Positions 10,164 through 22,679 of a stretch of DNA of 30,805 bases are shown one piece after another (position 1 is the stretch's first letter; each line of letters opens with the position of its first letter). The stretch lies in the UHGV virus genome UHGV-0077717, one strand, 5' to 3'. Position numbers and translations under genes: made by a program. This DNA is from a virus. Under the pieces are notes generated by a model. That model saw only the letters and a program-made list of their open reading frames with translations, was not told the DNA's origin and did not search any database.

Positions 10164-10859
10164 TTAATAAAGCAGTGAACTAAGCAGACCGATACCAGCA
10201 CCGATACCAGCACCCCACGGAGTTGATGAACCAATTAATTTCGCAAGTCCAGCCCCAGCAATAGCACCAGACGCACCCCCGCCAATAGCAGATTGCATTG
10301 CTGATGGTCTGTTGGCATTTGCCGCTGCAAGAGCCGCACTTTGCTGCGAAATCTGACTCATGTTGTTGGCATATGTCTGCCCGGCGTTTGCCTGACCTTG
10401 CAGTGCGCCAAGACCAATATTTGCCAGATTCTGGTAGTTGTTCATCTGACCAGATAGCCATTGCTGACCAAGCGTTGGTGCGATTGTTGCTAACTGATTA
10501 CTGGTTGCGGTGGAACCTAATCCACCTGTTGCTTCCGCTGCCGCCAGACTCTGATAGCGAGCCTGACCAGCAAGATCTTTGTACTGCTGAGAGTTGTAAT
10601 ACTGGTTAAGTGCCTGACCTTGCCCTTCCAGAGACGATAAGTTCTCAAGGCTGCCGACATACTTCCCAGCCAGAGGAGTAAACGGCTTCAGGTTGTTCAT
10701 GATGGTGTTGAACTGCTGATTTTGCAGGTCTGCGGCATACTTCTGAGTTTCTGCGGCATACTTTGCACTTTTATCAGAACTGCCACCTTTCCCGCCTTTT
10801 TCAGGGCAATAAGGTTCCTCGCCGCGCAGTTTTCTGCCCAGCTTAAATGCATATAACAT
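10164..10859 (-). CDS. Ejection protein, P22 gp7-like (231 aa)
   Basis: Position and size (P22 gp7 is about 229 aa); Gln/Ala/Gly-rich with a hydrophobic C-terminus. Confidence 0.75.
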   Translation of the reverse strand: MLYAFKLGRKLRGEEPYCPEKGGKGGSSDKSAKYAAETQKYAADLQNQQFNTIMNNLKPFTPLAGKYVGSLENLSSLEGQGQALNQYYNSQQYKDLAGQARYQSLAAAEATGGLGSTATSNQLATIAPTLGQQWLSGQMNNYQNLANIGLGALQGQANAGQTYANNMSQISQQSAALAAANANRPSAMQSAIGGGASGAIAGAGLAKLIGSSTPWGAGIGAGIGLLSSLLY

Positions 10860-10861
10860 GG

Positions 10862-11320
10862 CTATCTCCCGTGATTCAGGAAGTCGATTAGTTCTTCGCG
10901 TGTAGCACTGTAAAACGTCACGTCATCCACGCCTTTGAAGTATTTCTTGATGGTTCCTACACGCTTAAGGCCAATCATTGCGCAGTACATCTGACCGTGG
11001 CGGAATTTGCGTGCAGCGAACGATGTTACGCACTGAACGGTGGTGTTAGTCAGAATGTATCGCCAGAACGCCAGCCCGATTTCCTTGCTGAATCCACGAA
11101 CCTCTGGCAGGTACATGGCGTGGCAATCGAATGTAAGCGGCTGAATCTCCTGATAGTAAACAATGCCGCCAAACTGCCCGTGCACGTTCACCTCAAAGTA
11201 ACGGCAATCAGGTTTGTAGTCGTATCCATCACCGTTGTTGCTCCCGGCGATAATGTCAGGGTGATTTCCGACTGCTTCGATCAGGTCGATGTTTCGCGTT
11301 AGTTTGAACTGAATCATCAC
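10862..11320 (-). CDS. Virion protein at the P22 gp14 position (152 aa)
   Basis: Synteny only: lies between the tail needle and gp7-like genes. Confidence 0.55.
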   Translation of the reverse strand: MMIQFKLTRNIDLIEAVGNHPDIIAGSNNGDGYDYKPDCRYFEVNVHGQFGGIVYYQEIQPLTFDCHAMYLPEVRGFSKEIGLAFWRYILTNTTVQCVTSFAARKFRHGQMYCAMIGLKRVGTIKKYFKGVDDVTFYSATREELIDFLNHGR

Positions 11321-12270
11321 TGCTCCGCGATTATCTTGATGGTTGTGGCAGTAAACGCCGCACCATTTGACTGGATGGTTAACGTACTGCCATTTGTGGC
11401 AAGAAATCCGTCTTTATCCACGCTGAAGAACGTAGCTAACAGGATGTTATCGGTCGTTGTCGCCGAGTTGCGACTGCTTACCAGCGTGTCAGGAACAGAG
11501 CCGGAAAAGGTTAGCTGCATTGACCTGTTGGCGGTTCCGCTGGGCCACGTCCCGACGATCGACAGCTTGAAGAACAAGGTTTTGTTCTCGTTGAACACAA
11601 CCATCTTGTTGTTAACGGTGTCGAAGAATGGTGCCAACGAGCCGGATGACGGCGTGAGCGTTTTCAGCAGGCTAACAAGGTTGGTAGGCGCTGTCGGAAT
11701 TGTTACCGATACCCCTGAGTAAACAACCTCTGATTTCTTGCGCGTGGTGGCATACTCAAGCGCAGATATTCTTGTTGAGTGATCACCAACTGTGCTTTGT
11801 AGCGTCGAAATACTTCCCTCTGCCGCTGTGAGCCTGGTATCAAGTGCGTCGATATCGGTTGTATTCTGAGTTATGCGCGCATCATGAGTTGCTAACTCAG
11901 ATTCATTGGCAGCAATTCGCGTCTCGTGATCAGCCAGCTCTGTTTCGGCAGCCGTAATCCTTGTTTCATGATCTGCAAGAGTGCTTTCCGCTGCTGCAAT
12001 TCTATGTTCATGATTGATGAGAGTTGCTTCAGCAGCTTCAATTCTGGATTCATGGTCTGCAAGGGTGACATCCTGCTCATCGTTCCTGACCTGTGCATCA
12101 TAAGCGCCCTGTCCGGCCTCGTTGGCTTTGTTAGCCACGTTACCAACATCAGTGCCCTGTGCGATAACGTAAAGCAGATACGACTGCGAGAAGATATTGC
12201 GTGGAAGAACTGATGTATCGAGCCGCGTAGCCTGGACGATTACCGGCACATTGAGATTCGAATCAGCCAT
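11317..12270 (-). CDS. Tail needle protein (P22 gp26-like N-terminus, trimeric coiled coil with about 11-residue repeats, and a C-terminal knob-type extension as in Sf6-type needles)
   Basis: N-terminus [43 protein letters not shown]...[19 protein letters not shown] matches recalled P22 gp26; internal repeats [14 protein letters not shown] / [14 protein letters not shown] / [14 protein letters not shown]; 317 aa versus 233 aa in P22. Confidence 0.8.
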   Translation of the reverse strand: MADSNLNVPVIVQATRLDTSVLPRNIFSQSYLLYVIAQGTDVGNVANKANEAGQGAYDAQVRNDEQDVTLADHESRIEAAEATLINHEHRIAAAESTLADHETRITAAETELADHETRIAANESELATHDARITQNTTDIDALDTRLTAAEGSISTLQSTVGDHSTRISALEYATTRKKSEVVYSGVSVTIPTAPTNLVSLLKTLTPSSGSLAPFFDTVNNKMVVFNENKTLFFKLSIVGTWPSGTANRSMQLTFSGSVPDTLVSSRNSATTTDNILLATFFSVDKDGFLATNGSTLTIQSNGAAFTATTIKIIAEQ

Positions 12271-13688
12271 TACTCAATCCTTATCTGAGCGCCAGACAGA
12301 GTGACAGGTGACTTCGTGATAACGCGCAATTTGAAACCGACATTTTTCCTGATGCGCCCTACTTTCTTCCACAAAACGCGCTTGTCGTAAACGAACGGTT
12401 CATTCTGCTCAATCATCTGCTCACGCCCGTAATTTATGCCGTCAGTGGTTGCAGACAGAAACAGGCGGTCAGCGTACTGCGCAACACCCGTCGATGATTC
12501 CACCTCCAGATCAAAGCATCTGGCGTTATCCGCTTTGAACAGTGGAGTAAACAGCAGGTGTTCCTGTTGAAGCCCATACTGACTGCTGATATCGAACTGC
12601 AATTTCCCGGTCACCGATTCCAGCTTATCGCCGCACGTTATCTGATTGCCTTCGTAAATGAAGTCGATAGCGCGGTACACATCGTCATACAGGCCTGTTT
12701 TCAACACACACCATTGCGGACCATTGGCGCTTGAAGATGCGTCGTACACGAGGACGTGGCGCGGAAGGTGGATAATCAGCAGTTCATGCGCATCAAATCG
12801 CAGCGATTCCATCACACCATCAGCCAGTTCATCAGCAGTGTAGGAGCGGAGGATTTTCTCAATGCTCGCGCTGGCGATTGGTGATACCTGACCGGAACCA
12901 ATGATGTACACAGACGGCGCACCCGTTGCCGGATTGCTGATGAAAGCATACGAATCAGCAAACGGCGTTTTGCAGTAAGTCCCGGCAATGCCTTTCTGCA
13001 CCATCAGCGATGGTTGTGCAACATACAAAGCGGCACCAACGGTGGTTGCACCAGTCAGGGAGAAATATTCAATCGTCGATGAACCAAAGCAGACGATGAA
13101 GTCTCGCCATGCGCCGATACCGATGATGCCGTCCGGCTGCGATTCTGCGCGATATTGTGCGCTGTAGCGGTCAGGATGCGATTCGTCTTCAAGGTCAGTG
13201 ATAAACCATGAATCAGTTCCGTCTTTTGACCACGCATAACGCCCACGTAAGCGCGTAATGTCGCGAACTGAACCTAACTCATACTGAGTGAATCCACTGT
13301 CTGTAGGCCAGTTTGAGACGGTTTTAACCGTACCATCATAGCGATACTCGACCAGTTGACCATTAACGCCTACCGCCTGTGATGTCCGACCATGCGCCAT
13401 TGATACGCGACCACTTCCGGCAACATCACCGACTTCGCTTTCGCCTTTGTAGAGCTTGCCGCCACACACACGATAGACAGCATTCTGCGCCATGTTGTAC
13501 TCGACGCCTCGAGATGCACCGTTCACATCAGAGCGTTTTGCAATGCCCGGGAATGAGCGAAGATATCCGCTGCTGTTGAGTATTTCTTTGGGCGTAGCCA
13601 GCATATTCACTGGCAGATAGTCGATATAGTCCGCGTTTCGAAAGTCTTTGCCGACACCTTTCATAAGCGGAAGTTGCTGAATCGGCAT
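12270..13688 (-). CDS. Tail accessory protein, P22 gp10-like (472 aa)
   Basis: Same length as P22 gp10 and correct position between gp4 and the needle gene. Confidence 0.8.
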   Translation of the reverse strand: MPIQQLPLMKGVGKDFRNADYIDYLPVNMLATPKEILNSSGYLRSFPGIAKRSDVNGASRGVEYNMAQNAVYRVCGGKLYKGESEVGDVAGSGRVSMAHGRTSQAVGVNGQLVEYRYDGTVKTVSNWPTDSGFTQYELGSVRDITRLRGRYAWSKDGTDSWFITDLEDESHPDRYSAQYRAESQPDGIIGIGAWRDFIVCFGSSTIEYFSLTGATTVGAALYVAQPSLMVQKGIAGTYCKTPFADSYAFISNPATGAPSVYIIGSGQVSPIASASIEKILRSYTADELADGVMESLRFDAHELLIIHLPRHVLVYDASSSANGPQWCVLKTGLYDDVYRAIDFIYEGNQITCGDKLESVTGKLQFDISSQYGLQQEHLLFTPLFKADNARCFDLEVESSTGVAQYADRLFLSATTDGINYGREQMIEQNEPFVYDKRVLWKKVGRIRKNVGFKLRVITKSPVTLSGAQIRIE

Positions 13689-14165
13689 TATTCGCTCCCG
13701 TTATCGCAAGGTTCCTTTCGCTGGAAGTAATTCCAACCGTTCCACTTCGCCAACTGATTACCGCTACCAACAGGCATACGGTTTGGATAACCGGACTTAC
13801 ATTTAGCGGCTTTTGCTCTGTCCATTGCAGACAGTTTGACGAGTCGCTCTTTCCCGTATCTGGCAGTGGTTATAAGTTTTGCTGACGCTTCCAGCGCATA
13901 ATCCGGAGCAATGCGGCAGGCAAGGTTGAAAATGACGGCATTGATAGCGTTATTTGATAAACCGTGCTCATCGCCCGGATCCGGAGCGACATCTGCATCA
14001 GCAAAAATGTAGCCAACGTTGATACCAGGTGACGCATCACCGCCAAGCCATTCAGCCATCATCATTTCAAGGTCGTTGACGCCGTCTTCCATGGACTGAG
14101 GTTCGACATCGGTTAACGTGGCATTTGATGCCACACCGAGCTTACGTAATGCCGCAAGAACTAAA

Positions 14166-14188
<23 letters not shown>
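13688..14188 (-). CDS. Tail adaptor protein, P22 gp4-like (166 aa from the internal ATG at 14188)
   Basis: From [33 protein letters not shown] the protein parallels recalled P22 gp4 ([33 protein letters not shown]) and is 166 aa, the P22 gp4 length. The longer track ORF (to 14287) adds an SQ-repeat extension judged untranslated. Confidence 0.85.
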
Positions 14189-14426
<238 letters not shown>

Positions 14427-14440
14427 GCTTGTCTCCAGAT

Positions 14441-14462
14441 AAAAAAGGGAGCCGAAGCTCCC
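14441..14462 (-). terminator. Intrinsic terminator immediately after the coat gene (GGGAGC-ttcg-GCTCCC followed by U6 on the minus strand)
   Basis: Perfect 6-bp stem and 4-nt loop 8 nt after the coat stop, followed by six T on the minus strand. Confidence 0.6.
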
Positions 14463-14470
14463 TCTGGTTA

Positions 14471-15766
14471 TCACGCGGTCTGGTTAGGCAGACCAACACC
14501 AATTGCCTCTGGTCGTACAGCACATGCTGAATACCACACAGCAATACGGCACTTACCAGACAGAGTGTTGATATCACCCTGCGTTGCGAAGATGCCGTTA
14601 ACACCAATACCAGGAATGCTGAAGGAAGACGTTTTCATGCCAGCAAACAGTTCATGGGTTACCGGGATCGGCTGAGACAGCAGACGGATTGAGTCATCAG
14701 CCCAGAACACATTAGCGGTGGTTGTTGCCACGTTCAGAACGTTTACCGGAGTGGTATCAGCAAGAGAGGTGTTTACGTTAGCGTAAGCCTTCTCTTCTTT
14801 TGTCAGTGACGCGTCATCAAGCGCAATCGGCTTCGGCGTGATTTCGATGTGAGTACTATCGATCACACGGGTGATTGAGAAAGTCGCATCATCAGTTAGC
14901 ACGTTCTTCGCCATCTGAGACAGGAATTTCACACCAGTGAAGCTGATTTTGTCGCCGCGCTTAAATCCGGTGGTGGAGGATACGGTCACCGTTGCAACAC
15001 GGTTGTCGACGTTCTCTTTGTTACCATCGGTATCAAGGGTGTATGCCTGCGGCTTAAACTTCTGCGCACCAGAAACAGTTACACCAGTAGCGGTTGACTT
15101 GGTAACTGCAGGAAGTTTCGGTGAGCGAAGAATTTCATCAAAGCCAGCAATCTGACGCTGAATAGTACCGTTGCGATACGCTTCTTCAGGAACGCGCCCA
15201 AAGATGTCACCATCTACCAGGTTGCGGCCTGCTTTGCGGTAATCGTCAGGGTTCAGGAAGTAACTGATGCCCATGTCGCGGTTTAGCTCACGGGAGAACA
15301 TCAGGCGCTCTGCATCAGACACAAAATCCCAGCCAGACAGGCCAGTAGATGGACCAATTGCGCGGGTATCGTGAACAACAAGCGAGCCCATTTCAGTTGC
15401 CTGTTTGGCAATTGCTGACTCAATGTTATTCGCCAGTTTTTTGGCTGATGCCTGGATGCGGCGACGGTAAGAACGCTCATCACGCAGGTCATCTGCACGA
15501 AGCTCGAAGAAATCGTTATCCGGATCGCCCATGTTGCATTTCACGGAGAGTTCCAGAATCCCGGTTGCGTTGCCAGTTAAATCCCAGCCAGTCTGGGTTG
15601 GCGCTTCCTGCTCAACAGGCATCCACACGGTGTTGCTTGAACGCTGCATGGATTCTGCCGGAGGGGTGTATTTTGTCACTTTGGACGCCATTGGCGTCAG
15701 GTTCTGGACGGTTTCGATGATTTCATCCAGAGCATACGTGACCAGTTGACCTTCATTTAATGCCAT
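14471..15766 (-). CDS. Major capsid (coat) protein, P22 gp5-like (431 aa)
   Basis: Near-collinear with recalled P22 coat protein (MALNEGQ...TPMA...[21 protein letters not shown]...[10 protein letters not shown]...[22 protein letters not shown]). Confidence 0.95.
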   Translation of the reverse strand: MALNEGQLVTYALDEIIETVQNLTPMASKVTKYTPPAESMQRSSNTVWMPVEQEAPTQTGWDLTGNATGILELSVKCNMGDPDNDFFELRADDLRDERSYRRRIQASAKKLANNIESAIAKQATEMGSLVVHDTRAIGPSTGLSGWDFVSDAERLMFSRELNRDMGISYFLNPDDYRKAGRNLVDGDIFGRVPEEAYRNGTIQRQIAGFDEILRSPKLPAVTKSTATGVTVSGAQKFKPQAYTLDTDGNKENVDNRVATVTVSSTTGFKRGDKISFTGVKFLSQMAKNVLTDDATFSITRVIDSTHIEITPKPIALDDASLTKEEKAYANVNTSLADTTPVNVLNVATTTANVFWADDSIRLLSQPIPVTHELFAGMKTSSFSIPGIGVNGIFATQGDINTLSGKCRIAVWYSACAVRPEAIGVGLPNQTA

Positions 15767-16677
15767 TATCGAATTCCTTTATTCAGTTGCGCCTTGAGCT
15801 TGCGGTACGTCTCTACATCCCCTTTGTTTGCTGCCGCTTCCATCTGCTTTTCAATCGCAGAGATATTTGCAGCAACAGCATGTCCCTGAATGGGTTCATC
15901 AGGTAACGGGGCTTCTGAAACAGGCTTGGCTCTAGGCTTGAGAGTTAAACGTTCTGACAGTCGAGTGAGTTCAATCAGCGCGGATTGCCCGTCCATCGCC
16001 AGCAACTGGCGTGTTTTCTCAGGATTAGCACCAAGGTGATACATGAGAGCAGCGGATTTCTCCGGGAAGAGGCGCATGATGTCGGCACCGACTGCTGGCG
16101 GCACCAGTTGCATGAATGCATCCTCTTTCTCCTGATAGTCAGGGATATTTAGCTTTTCCGCTGCGTCGTAGTGCTTACGGGCTGCCTCGACGTATTGCGC
16201 TGATTGCTGGGTGAACTCCTGAGTTTTGCGACCCTGCTCGGCGACAGCCTGGCTTCGTGCGTCCATAGCCTTGATCTGCCATTCACTGTTTGCCTGCTGG
16301 AAGGCAGCCAGTGCGCGGCTCTGGTCATAGTCGTACTTAGCCAGTGCGTCTTCGGAAAGATAATCGTTAGGGTCTGGTTGTTTTGGTAACTCAGGGTTCA
16401 CCCGCAGGTGCTCCGGCAACTCTCCACGCTTAACCGCTTCCATCTGCTGCTCAAGCTCACGCTGGCGTTTGCGTTCGATGCGGCGACGGGCAAATTCAGC
16501 ATTAGTTGCCGGGTCTTGTTTTGGTTTCTCATCGTCTTTCAGGACAATCTCGAAGCCTTCTTCCTGACCTGCGTTGTCGTTGGCATTATCGACAACTAAG
16601 CCATCAGCAGATGCCGCTGCATGATTGCCGGGCAGGGTTAATTCTTCAGAAGCCTGAATGTCGGTGGTTTGGTCCAT
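15766..16677 (-). CDS. Scaffolding protein, P22 gp8-like (303 aa)
   Basis: 303 aa as in P22 gp8; charged helical protein located between portal and coat; stop overlaps the coat start. Confidence 0.85.
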   Translation of the reverse strand: MDQTTDIQASEELTLPGNHAAASADGLVVDNANDNAGQEEGFEIVLKDDEKPKQDPATNAEFARRRIERKRQRELEQQMEAVKRGELPEHLRVNPELPKQPDPNDYLSEDALAKYDYDQSRALAAFQQANSEWQIKAMDARSQAVAEQGRKTQEFTQQSAQYVEAARKHYDAAEKLNIPDYQEKEDAFMQLVPPAVGADIMRLFPEKSAALMYHLGANPEKTRQLLAMDGQSALIELTRLSERLTLKPRAKPVSEAPLPDEPIQGHAVAANISAIEKQMEAAANKGDVETYRKLKAQLNKGIR

Positions 16678-16690
16678 GATTAACTCTCTC

Positions 16691-18856
16691 TTATTGAGGT
16701 GTCTCGGCTACTCCGCCGGAGGGGATTTGAACTTGACGCATAAGATTCGCGAAATCCATGCGTTGTGAATGAGTCTGGTCTGCATCTTTAAGAAGCAGCT
16801 CAGCGTTAGCACGAGCATCTTTGCTGCGCTGTTGCTGGAATTGACCTACGAGCTTGAGGTACTCACGCAGTTCTGCCTGCTTGTCGAGGTCCATATTGTT
16901 GAAGATTTCTGCAATCTTCGCGGCGTTGAGTTGGTTTTGAGCTTCAACCTTGGCAGCTTCAACCTGAATCTGCGCCTGTTGGTTCTCTGCCTTGAGCAAT
17001 TCAGCCTGACCTTGCAGAAGGATACCCTGCGCCTGAATTTGCTCTGCTGATGGCTGCTGCGGCTGCTGTTGAGCCTGCTGTACCATCTCCATCTCTTCAG
17101 GTGTTTCTGGTTTCTTCAGCCCCATCATCACCAGTTGCTTGTTCGCGTACTCTCGCATCATCTCGACGCCTTTACCGTCAAGCAGCGTGAAGTATTGCAG
17201 CATCAGCATCTGGAACTCTGGAGTACCTTGCGGAACCTTGGTTAGTAACTCCTGAATCTCTGCGCGGTTCTGTTCCTTCATACTCTGGAAGGATGGTCCA
17301 ACGTCTGTATAGCACTCATAGCGACCGCGAATGTCGTTGAGTGTGACCACATTGCCGGACTGGTAATCGACAACTTGCGCGTAGAGTTGAACGTCTTTCT
17401 CGCTTCCGTCTTCAAGAGTCAGCGTTACATGGCGAGGAACGTCATAAATATCGTTGACCATTGAGGCATAAATCTCGCCATCACGTCGCATTGCGGTAGC
17501 CAGGTTATCCTGAAACACGTATGTCTCAAGGTCTGCCCGCATGTTCAGTTGATTGACGGTATCGAAAGCGACCTGACCATTTGCCGCCTGCGCATCAACG
17601 CCAAGACTAGCCACCTCTTTCACTGCGTTGGTGGCAGCCTCAAGCATGTAAGCGTTGGCTTGCGGCACTTCAGGGTTTTCCATGTAGGAGATTGGACCAA
17701 TCGGCAGGTCGTTACCGTTTTCATCGGTCTTGTTCTGCAAATAGTACGGATAGTCATCATTTCCACCGTACATGTATTCGTAGCCTTCGATTTGCTCAGG
17801 GAAGAAGGTCGGTTTCTTCTTCGGTGAACGAGCAACAATATCGGCGTTGAATGACATGATCATGTTACGAAGGCGCTGACCGTCTTTCGTCAGCCTTACC
17901 ACTCCTTCGTAGCACTCCTTGTCACCAGCGAATGACCATTCGCCATACACTGGAACGATTGGAATATGCTCTCCGGCTATCTTCTCGCGGTCTTTCAGTA
18001 TCTGCGTGCAGGTGATGATCGACTTATACACACGCCGACGCTTCACCTTACGCTCTGCTACCTTAATGAATCCACGATTAGCCAGGTCGTCGATAACGTC
18101 TTTAATATCCTGCTGGTAATAGCTGACCGGCTCACCTGTCAGCGGGTCGCGGTAGATGAAGACTTTCTCCTTCTTCTCTTCTACCTCGTAATACTCAGCG
18201 ACGTAGACGACATCATTCGATACCCACGGAAACAGCCATGTGTCGTTCGGATTCTGGAAAGATGGCATGGTGTCAGGATCAATACCGTAATCCTCTGCGA
18301 ACTCTTTCCAGCCATTGCGCGACAAGGCGTTAATCACCGTGCAGTGCTTAGCGTCGCTCTTATCCATCTGCTTGCTGTTGGCGTCCCATATGACGTGTGA
18401 GCAGGCTTCATGAATTGGCAGGCGTCGAATTACCTGATTGTTGCTTGTTGGGTCGTTGTCTTCGTACTGTGTGACCAGACGCCATGCACCAACGCCGGAC
18501 TCTATCTGCTCACGAACGCCAACGTTAACGGCAATTTTTGCCGTGTTATGGCGCATATCGGTACGATACATTCCCATCAACACATCGGCAGCATCAGGAT
18601 TAGCGCCGTCTTTTGGTCTGAATAGAACGTCGATAGGGTTCCGTCGCATCTCTGCGACCAGTTTCCTGACCACCGGGCGAACAACATCGAATTGTCCGCG
18701 ATATTGCAGGGTCGTGTAGTTTGATAGCCAGTCATCCCATTGCGACACTCGGCTAAAATACAGGTCATTTGTCGCCTCGGTTCTGGCTTCATCGCTCGCC
18801 ATCCAGTCCGCGTCAAACTTACACAGAATGGAATTGAGTCTGTTTTCGTCGGCCAT
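16691..18856 (-). CDS. Portal protein, P22 gp1-like (721 aa) with a long Gln-rich C-terminal helical barrel region
   Basis: Size and position match the P22 portal (725 aa); C-terminus [60 protein letters not shown]. Confidence 0.9.
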   Translation of the reverse strand: MADENRLNSILCKFDADWMASDEARTEATNDLYFSRVSQWDDWLSNYTTLQYRGQFDVVRPVVRKLVAEMRRNPIDVLFRPKDGANPDAADVLMGMYRTDMRHNTAKIAVNVGVREQIESGVGAWRLVTQYEDNDPTSNNQVIRRLPIHEACSHVIWDANSKQMDKSDAKHCTVINALSRNGWKEFAEDYGIDPDTMPSFQNPNDTWLFPWVSNDVVYVAEYYEVEEKKEKVFIYRDPLTGEPVSYYQQDIKDVIDDLANRGFIKVAERKVKRRRVYKSIITCTQILKDREKIAGEHIPIVPVYGEWSFAGDKECYEGVVRLTKDGQRLRNMIMSFNADIVARSPKKKPTFFPEQIEGYEYMYGGNDDYPYYLQNKTDENGNDLPIGPISYMENPEVPQANAYMLEAATNAVKEVASLGVDAQAANGQVAFDTVNQLNMRADLETYVFQDNLATAMRRDGEIYASMVNDIYDVPRHVTLTLEDGSEKDVQLYAQVVDYQSGNVVTLNDIRGRYECYTDVGPSFQSMKEQNRAEIQELLTKVPQGTPEFQMLMLQYFTLLDGKGVEMMREYANKQLVMMGLKKPETPEEMEMVQQAQQQPQQPSAEQIQAQGILLQGQAELLKAENQQAQIQVEAAKVEAQNQLNAAKIAEIFNNMDLDKQAELREYLKLVGQFQQQRSKDARANAELLLKDADQTHSQRMDFANLMRQVQIPSGGVAETPQ

Positions 18857-20356
18857 TTAAGTTCTCCGTGCGATGGGCCTGATTGGGGCTGGTATCTTTT
18901 TCTCTTTTGGTTTTTTGATGTCGCGCATCATTTTGGCGAAGCGGCGCATCATGTATGCATAGCGAACGGCGGATAGCACGTCGTCGTTAAGCTTGACGAT
19001 CTTCCCGTTTTCATCACGGTGATAGAGGCGGAACTCCTCAAAGAATGGCTCACAGGTGTTGAATACTTTGAAGCGACCATCGAGCATCATGTCGCGTAAT
19101 TCAGTGATGCCAGGCTCAACAGCATTACCGCCATCAGGCCATGTCGCATGCTCCTGTAACATCATAAATCCAGCGTCTGCATACTGCCCTTTGAGCTGCT
19201 CACCGCCGCCCTTCTCATGCTGGTTTCCGTCATGAGGCCATGCGGTTGGCACTTTATGCGCCCATGATTTAACGGCTCCCCACGCCTGAACGGCTGTTTT
19301 TTCTTTCGCCTTCCACACGCGTGAAACGTAGATTGTGTCTGCGTCCTTATCCCACCAAAGCTGAACCTGCGCCTGTGGGTGATCCCATCCAAAATCCATC
19401 CCGCCAATTACGTAGAAGTGGTCAGGACACTCGAACGGCTGACACTTAATCGTCTCTTCCGGTATCTGGAAGATTCGACCACTACCCATCGTAGGAATAC
19501 CGCGAGCACGCGCCTCTCTCTCATGCTCAGGATAGGATGCGATGATTTGCTCTTTCTGCTCGTCGGTGTAGTGCTCAGCGTCATAGATGGTCATGTTGAC
19601 CACTTTCTGCGACTTGCTGGGATTCTTCAGGAACTTGGTAACAACATCAGACATCCCCATCAGCGGGGTAAACGTCAGAATTGAGAATTGCCCGTATTTG
19701 TTGGTACGGGTAAGCCCTTCGCCATAAATGCTGTATGGTGGCTCTTCGTCAAACCACACGCCGTGGATTGTGTCACCCTGCCAGCGAGCGCGGCCTTGCG
19801 AGTATGGTTTGAAGTAGCAGATTGAAATGCCATCTTCAACGCCATCAGCCGTGTGATGCTTAACCAGAAGATGATCAACAAGGTTCGGAAAGAAAGGAGA
19901 CTTCTTCCAGCTAATGATGTCCTCTTTCGGTATTGAACCGTAGCCCGGCTCATCATTCTCTTCAATACGACCGCACAGGATGCGTTGAGTCGTTTTGGTT
20001 ACAGTCTCGTTTGTCTCGCCACCAATCCAGAAGACAACAGGCTCATAGAAACGCTTACCTTTCCACTCCCCGCCATATTTACCATCAGCAGGATAGCCTT
20101 TTGTGCCCGGATAACGCCCGGTAAGGTGAAACGCGACTTCAGCAGCACCAGTAAATGACTTACCAAGCTGGTTACCAGCCATAAAACATCGCTCTGGATA
20201 GTCATGCCCGGCGTCGATGAACTCACGCTGTTTGCTGTATGGCGTAAATTCATATAGCAGGTGTGTGTTCCGGTAGTTCTCTTCTTCTTCGAGTAGCTCG
20301 AGCAACTCGATTTGCTCTTCGTCGCTCAGGTTATCAAGAATCGCGTCCAGTTCCAC
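18857..20356 (-). CDS. Terminase large subunit, P22 gp2-like (499 aa)
   Basis: Exactly the length of P22 gp2, immediately upstream of the portal gene and overlapping the small terminase gene. Confidence 0.9.
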   Translation of the reverse strand: MELDAILDNLSDEEQIELLELLEEEENYRNTHLLYEFTPYSKQREFIDAGHDYPERCFMAGNQLGKSFTGAAEVAFHLTGRYPGTKGYPADGKYGGEWKGKRFYEPVVFWIGGETNETVTKTTQRILCGRIEENDEPGYGSIPKEDIISWKKSPFFPNLVDHLLVKHHTADGVEDGISICYFKPYSQGRARWQGDTIHGVWFDEEPPYSIYGEGLTRTNKYGQFSILTFTPLMGMSDVVTKFLKNPSKSQKVVNMTIYDAEHYTDEQKEQIIASYPEHEREARARGIPTMGSGRIFQIPEETIKCQPFECPDHFYVIGGMDFGWDHPQAQVQLWWDKDADTIYVSRVWKAKEKTAVQAWGAVKSWAHKVPTAWPHDGNQHEKGGGEQLKGQYADAGFMMLQEHATWPDGGNAVEPGITELRDMMLDGRFKVFNTCEPFFEEFRLYHRDENGKIVKLNDDVLSAVRYAYMMRRFAKMMRDIKKPKEKKIPAPIRPIARRT

Positions 20357-20822
20357 GGTTGAATAGCTCCTTGATACGAGAGCGTCGCTTATCGCGATCT
20401 CCCTTATCAGGTGTCACGTCTTCAACTTGCGACTGCTCTTTGAGGCCCAAATCACGGGCGATGATGTTAGCGTTGAGAAGGTCAGCGGCTGCGCCAGAGA
20501 ACTTCTGGTCGTAGATGATGTCTTCCGCTCGTGATGTGACGTCAGAAAAACCTTCCATTGACCGGAAGGTTCCCCATGTTTGCCTGGTGATATCAAGGAA
20601 GGTACACAATCCTGAAATAGTCATGGCTCGCATCTTAGGGACATTAGCCTTAATTATTTCTCCCTGATATGAAAATACCTTACCCTCCCATAGCGGGTTA
20701 TCATCAGCCCACTCGAAGTATTCACAACAAGCTGCCCACAGCGCCTCAGGCGATTCGAATTTAGGATTTCGCCCATGACTACTGCGGGCCTCCCAAAATC
20801 GGTTGCCCTTTGGTGCTGCCAT
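20334..20822 (-). CDS. Terminase small subunit, P22 gp3-like (162 aa); expected to contain the pac site
   Basis: 162 aa as in P22 gp3; N-terminus [38 protein letters not shown] matches the recalled gp3 start. Confidence 0.9.
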   Translation of the reverse strand: MAAPKGNRFWEARSSHGRNPKFESPEALWAACCEYFEWADDNPLWEGKVFSYQGEIIKANVPKMRAMTISGLCTFLDITRQTWGTFRSMEGFSDVTSRAEDIIYDQKFSGAAADLLNANIIARDLGLKEQSQVEDVTPDKGDRDKRRSRIKELFNRGTGRDS

Positions 20823-20901
20823 ATTGATTATTTCCCTTCTGCTTGCTTATCCCATTCATCGCGGAATTTGGATGGGTTGTCGAAACCTTGAGTTGCCATG
20901 T

Positions 20902-21144
20902 TTATGCTCCGGTGGTGAACAGGTCTAACGCTTCCTTCGATTTACGCACCGCTTCGAATGTGCGGATCGTGATATCTGAATTAGCGCCGCCTGACTGGAA
21001 GTGAATTTTGAATAGCTCAAGCTTCAGCTCGTCAGTGCCAATGAACTGAAATGCTTCTTCTGCGGCTGCGTTCTGGTTCATGACCAGTTTGTAAATCTCT
21101 AACTGGAATTTCTGTTCTTCAGTCATGGGAATAATCTCTGCCAT
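20902..21144 (-). CDS. Hypothetical protein (80 aa) upstream of the terminase genes
   Basis: ORF with GGAG 8 nt upstream of the ATG; an 80-codon ORF occupies the same position in P22-like genomes. Confidence 0.55.
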   Translation of the reverse strand: MAEIIPMTEEQKFQLEIYKLVMNQNAAAEEAFQFIGTDELKLELFKIHFQSGGANSDITIRTFEAVRKSKEALDLFTTGA

Positions 21145-21164
21145 TGTTGGCTCCGTTTATCCGT

Positions 21165-21191
21165 TAAAAGGGATATCAGTTAAGATATCCC
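21165..21191 (-). terminator. Terminator-like perfect palindrome GGGATATC-ttaact-GATATCCC followed by TTTT on the minus strand, just upstream of the 80-aa ORF
   Basis: Perfect 8-bp stem and 6-nt loop read directly from the sequence; could also be a protein-binding site (it contains two GATATC motifs). Confidence 0.4.
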
Positions 21192-21496
21192 GTGCAGGGT
21201 ATAAGCCATTGTCGAGACCACTCATTGAATGGTCTCTGCAATAACCGATGTCTTTCCATCAGTCCGCCACCACAAAGAATCTTTTTTGCCATAAGGCTGG
21301 AGGTTCATCTTTCAGTGGCTGCCAGTGTTATTTCCCCACTTTCTGGCTTGGGTTGTTTCGCTGTACTGCCGCAACTGGTGGTGCACAGATTTAGTTAAAT
21401 CTGTTCTCGCCTGAACTATCTTTTACATACCCGGATTGTGGGGATGTAAATCACGGTTTCATTATCAAGCCCACCCGTAGATGGGCTTTGGAATGG

Positions 21497-22015
21497 TCAC
21501 TTTGGCAGTCCTGGGATCGATATTTGCGCCTGCTGCTCAAGCCTTTCGATTCTTGCTATGAGTTGCGGTTTTTTGATCCTGCCCCAGCGGTTCAGCAAGC
21601 GTCCTGACATACTGGCAACATCCTTTTCCTTCATGAACTCCAGCATTAACTCGTTGTGCTCTCTTTGGTATGAGTGAGCCATCTCCATCAGCCTGTCACG
21701 CATCCAATTAAATGCTTTGATAAACGCCTCTTTGATGGCGGCAGCTTTTTTGCCGGTAAACGACATGATGATGTACATCGCGCCGTCTTTGGAAATTTCA
21801 TATTCAACATACTGATTACCCTTGTGTTCATAGGTAACCCGCGAAAAGTTGCTGGTTAGAAATTCATCCGAACAGTCTAGCTTTTCGATTTTCTGAATGA
21901 TGTGGTGATGCTGCTTGTCGAAGTAAGCTGCTACCTTGCGGGAGGTTGTGATCACGCGATCACCAGAAACAACCACCATGTCCCGGAAATCGAGATTAGC
22001 CAATTGATGATTCAT
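21497..22015 (-). CDS. rha: Phage regulatory protein Rha (about 172 aa from the ATG at 22015; the track ORF extends to a GTG at 22051)
   Basis: Rha-family N-terminus MNHQLANLDFRDMVVVSGDRVITTSRKVAAYFDKQHHHIIQKIEKL; located between the lysis cassette and terminase genes as in P22. Confidence 0.8.
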   Translation of the reverse strand: MNHQLANLDFRDMVVVSGDRVITTSRKVAAYFDKQHHHIIQKIEKLDCSDEFLTSNFSRVTYEHKGNQYVEYEISKDGAMYIIMSFTGKKAAAIKEAFIKAFNWMRDRLMEMAHSYQREHNELMLEFMKEKDVASMSGRLLNRWGRIKKPQLIARIERLEQQAQISIPGLPK

Positions 22016-22165
22016 AGCGTCTTTACCTTTTAGAAAGTGAGCCTGTCTCACAGAAAAGCCGCCCCGAGATGGTCGCCACCATATACGGCAGTTCTCAGGC
22101 TCAACTTTCTGAAAGGCTCGGGTGATGTAATATGCGCGTGAGATGCGCTGTGAAATTCAGATGTA

Positions 22166-22189
22166 AAAAAAGCCCCGCATCGCGAGGCT
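22166..22189 (-). terminator. Terminator-like hairpin after Rz (GCCTCGC-gat-GCGGGGC followed by U7 on the minus strand)
   Basis: 7-bp stem including one G-U pair, followed by seven T on the minus strand, about 32 nt after the Rz stop. Confidence 0.45.
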
Positions 22190-22220
22190 CATTAAATGGA
22201 CTTTGTGATTTGCAAAAAAA

Positions 22221-22679
22221 TTATTTCAGGCATTGCGTCCTGATGTATTCCTGCAGGTAGTTAACCTGCGCGGTTATCCTGTCGATTCCACTTCGGAGAC
22301 GGTAATAATTGAGTTCAGCATCTGCTGTAAGTCTTGGGCTTTCTCCATCGCCCATGCCGCTGGCTCCGGTCGTTGACTTTGCACAGGTGGCGGCGACTTG
22401 CAGGCGCTTACGACCAGCAGAAACATCAGCACGGAGACTTTCGATAGTCGCGTTAGCATCAGCAAGCTCCTTTGTGTATCTGGCGTCGAGTTCTGCTACA
22501 TCACGTTGACGCTTCCGCATGTCAGCGATGGTGGCGTTCGCCTTCTCCAGTTCTCTGGCATTTTTGTCGCGCTGGGCTTTGTAGGTAATGGCGTTATCAC
22601 GGTAATGATTAACAGCCCATGACAGGCAGACGATGATGCAGATAATCAGAGCGGAGATAATCGCGGTGACCCTGCTCAT
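22221..22679 (-). CDS. Rz: Spanin inner-membrane subunit Rz (i-spanin)
   Basis: N-terminus [44 protein letters not shown] is near-identical to recalled lambda Rz; follows the endolysin gene. Confidence 0.9.
   Translation of the reverse strand: MSRVTAIISALIICIIVCLSWAVNHYRDNAITYKAQRDKNARELEKANATIADMRKRQRDVAELDARYTKELADANATIESLRADVSAGRKRLQVAATCAKSTTGASGMGDGESPRLTADAELNYYRLRSGIDRITAQVNYLQEYIRTQCLK
22274..22465 (-). CDS. Rz1: Spanin outer-membrane lipoprotein Rz1 (o-spanin), embedded out of frame within Rz
   Basis: ORF entirely inside Rz in another frame; lipobox LVVSAC followed by a Pro-rich mature region ([16 protein letters not shown]), as for lambda Rz1. Confidence 0.75.
   Translation of the reverse strand: MLMLTRLSKVSVLMFLLVVSACKSPPPVQSQRPEPAAWAMEKAQDLQQMLNSIITVSEVESTG

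Noticed and set aside
21192..21398. Plus-strand 68-aa ORF in the rha / 80-aa-ORF intergenic region
   Set aside because: It is on the strand opposite to all flanking genes, has no convincing ribosome-binding site and a low-complexity translation; the region is better treated as non-coding or regulatory.
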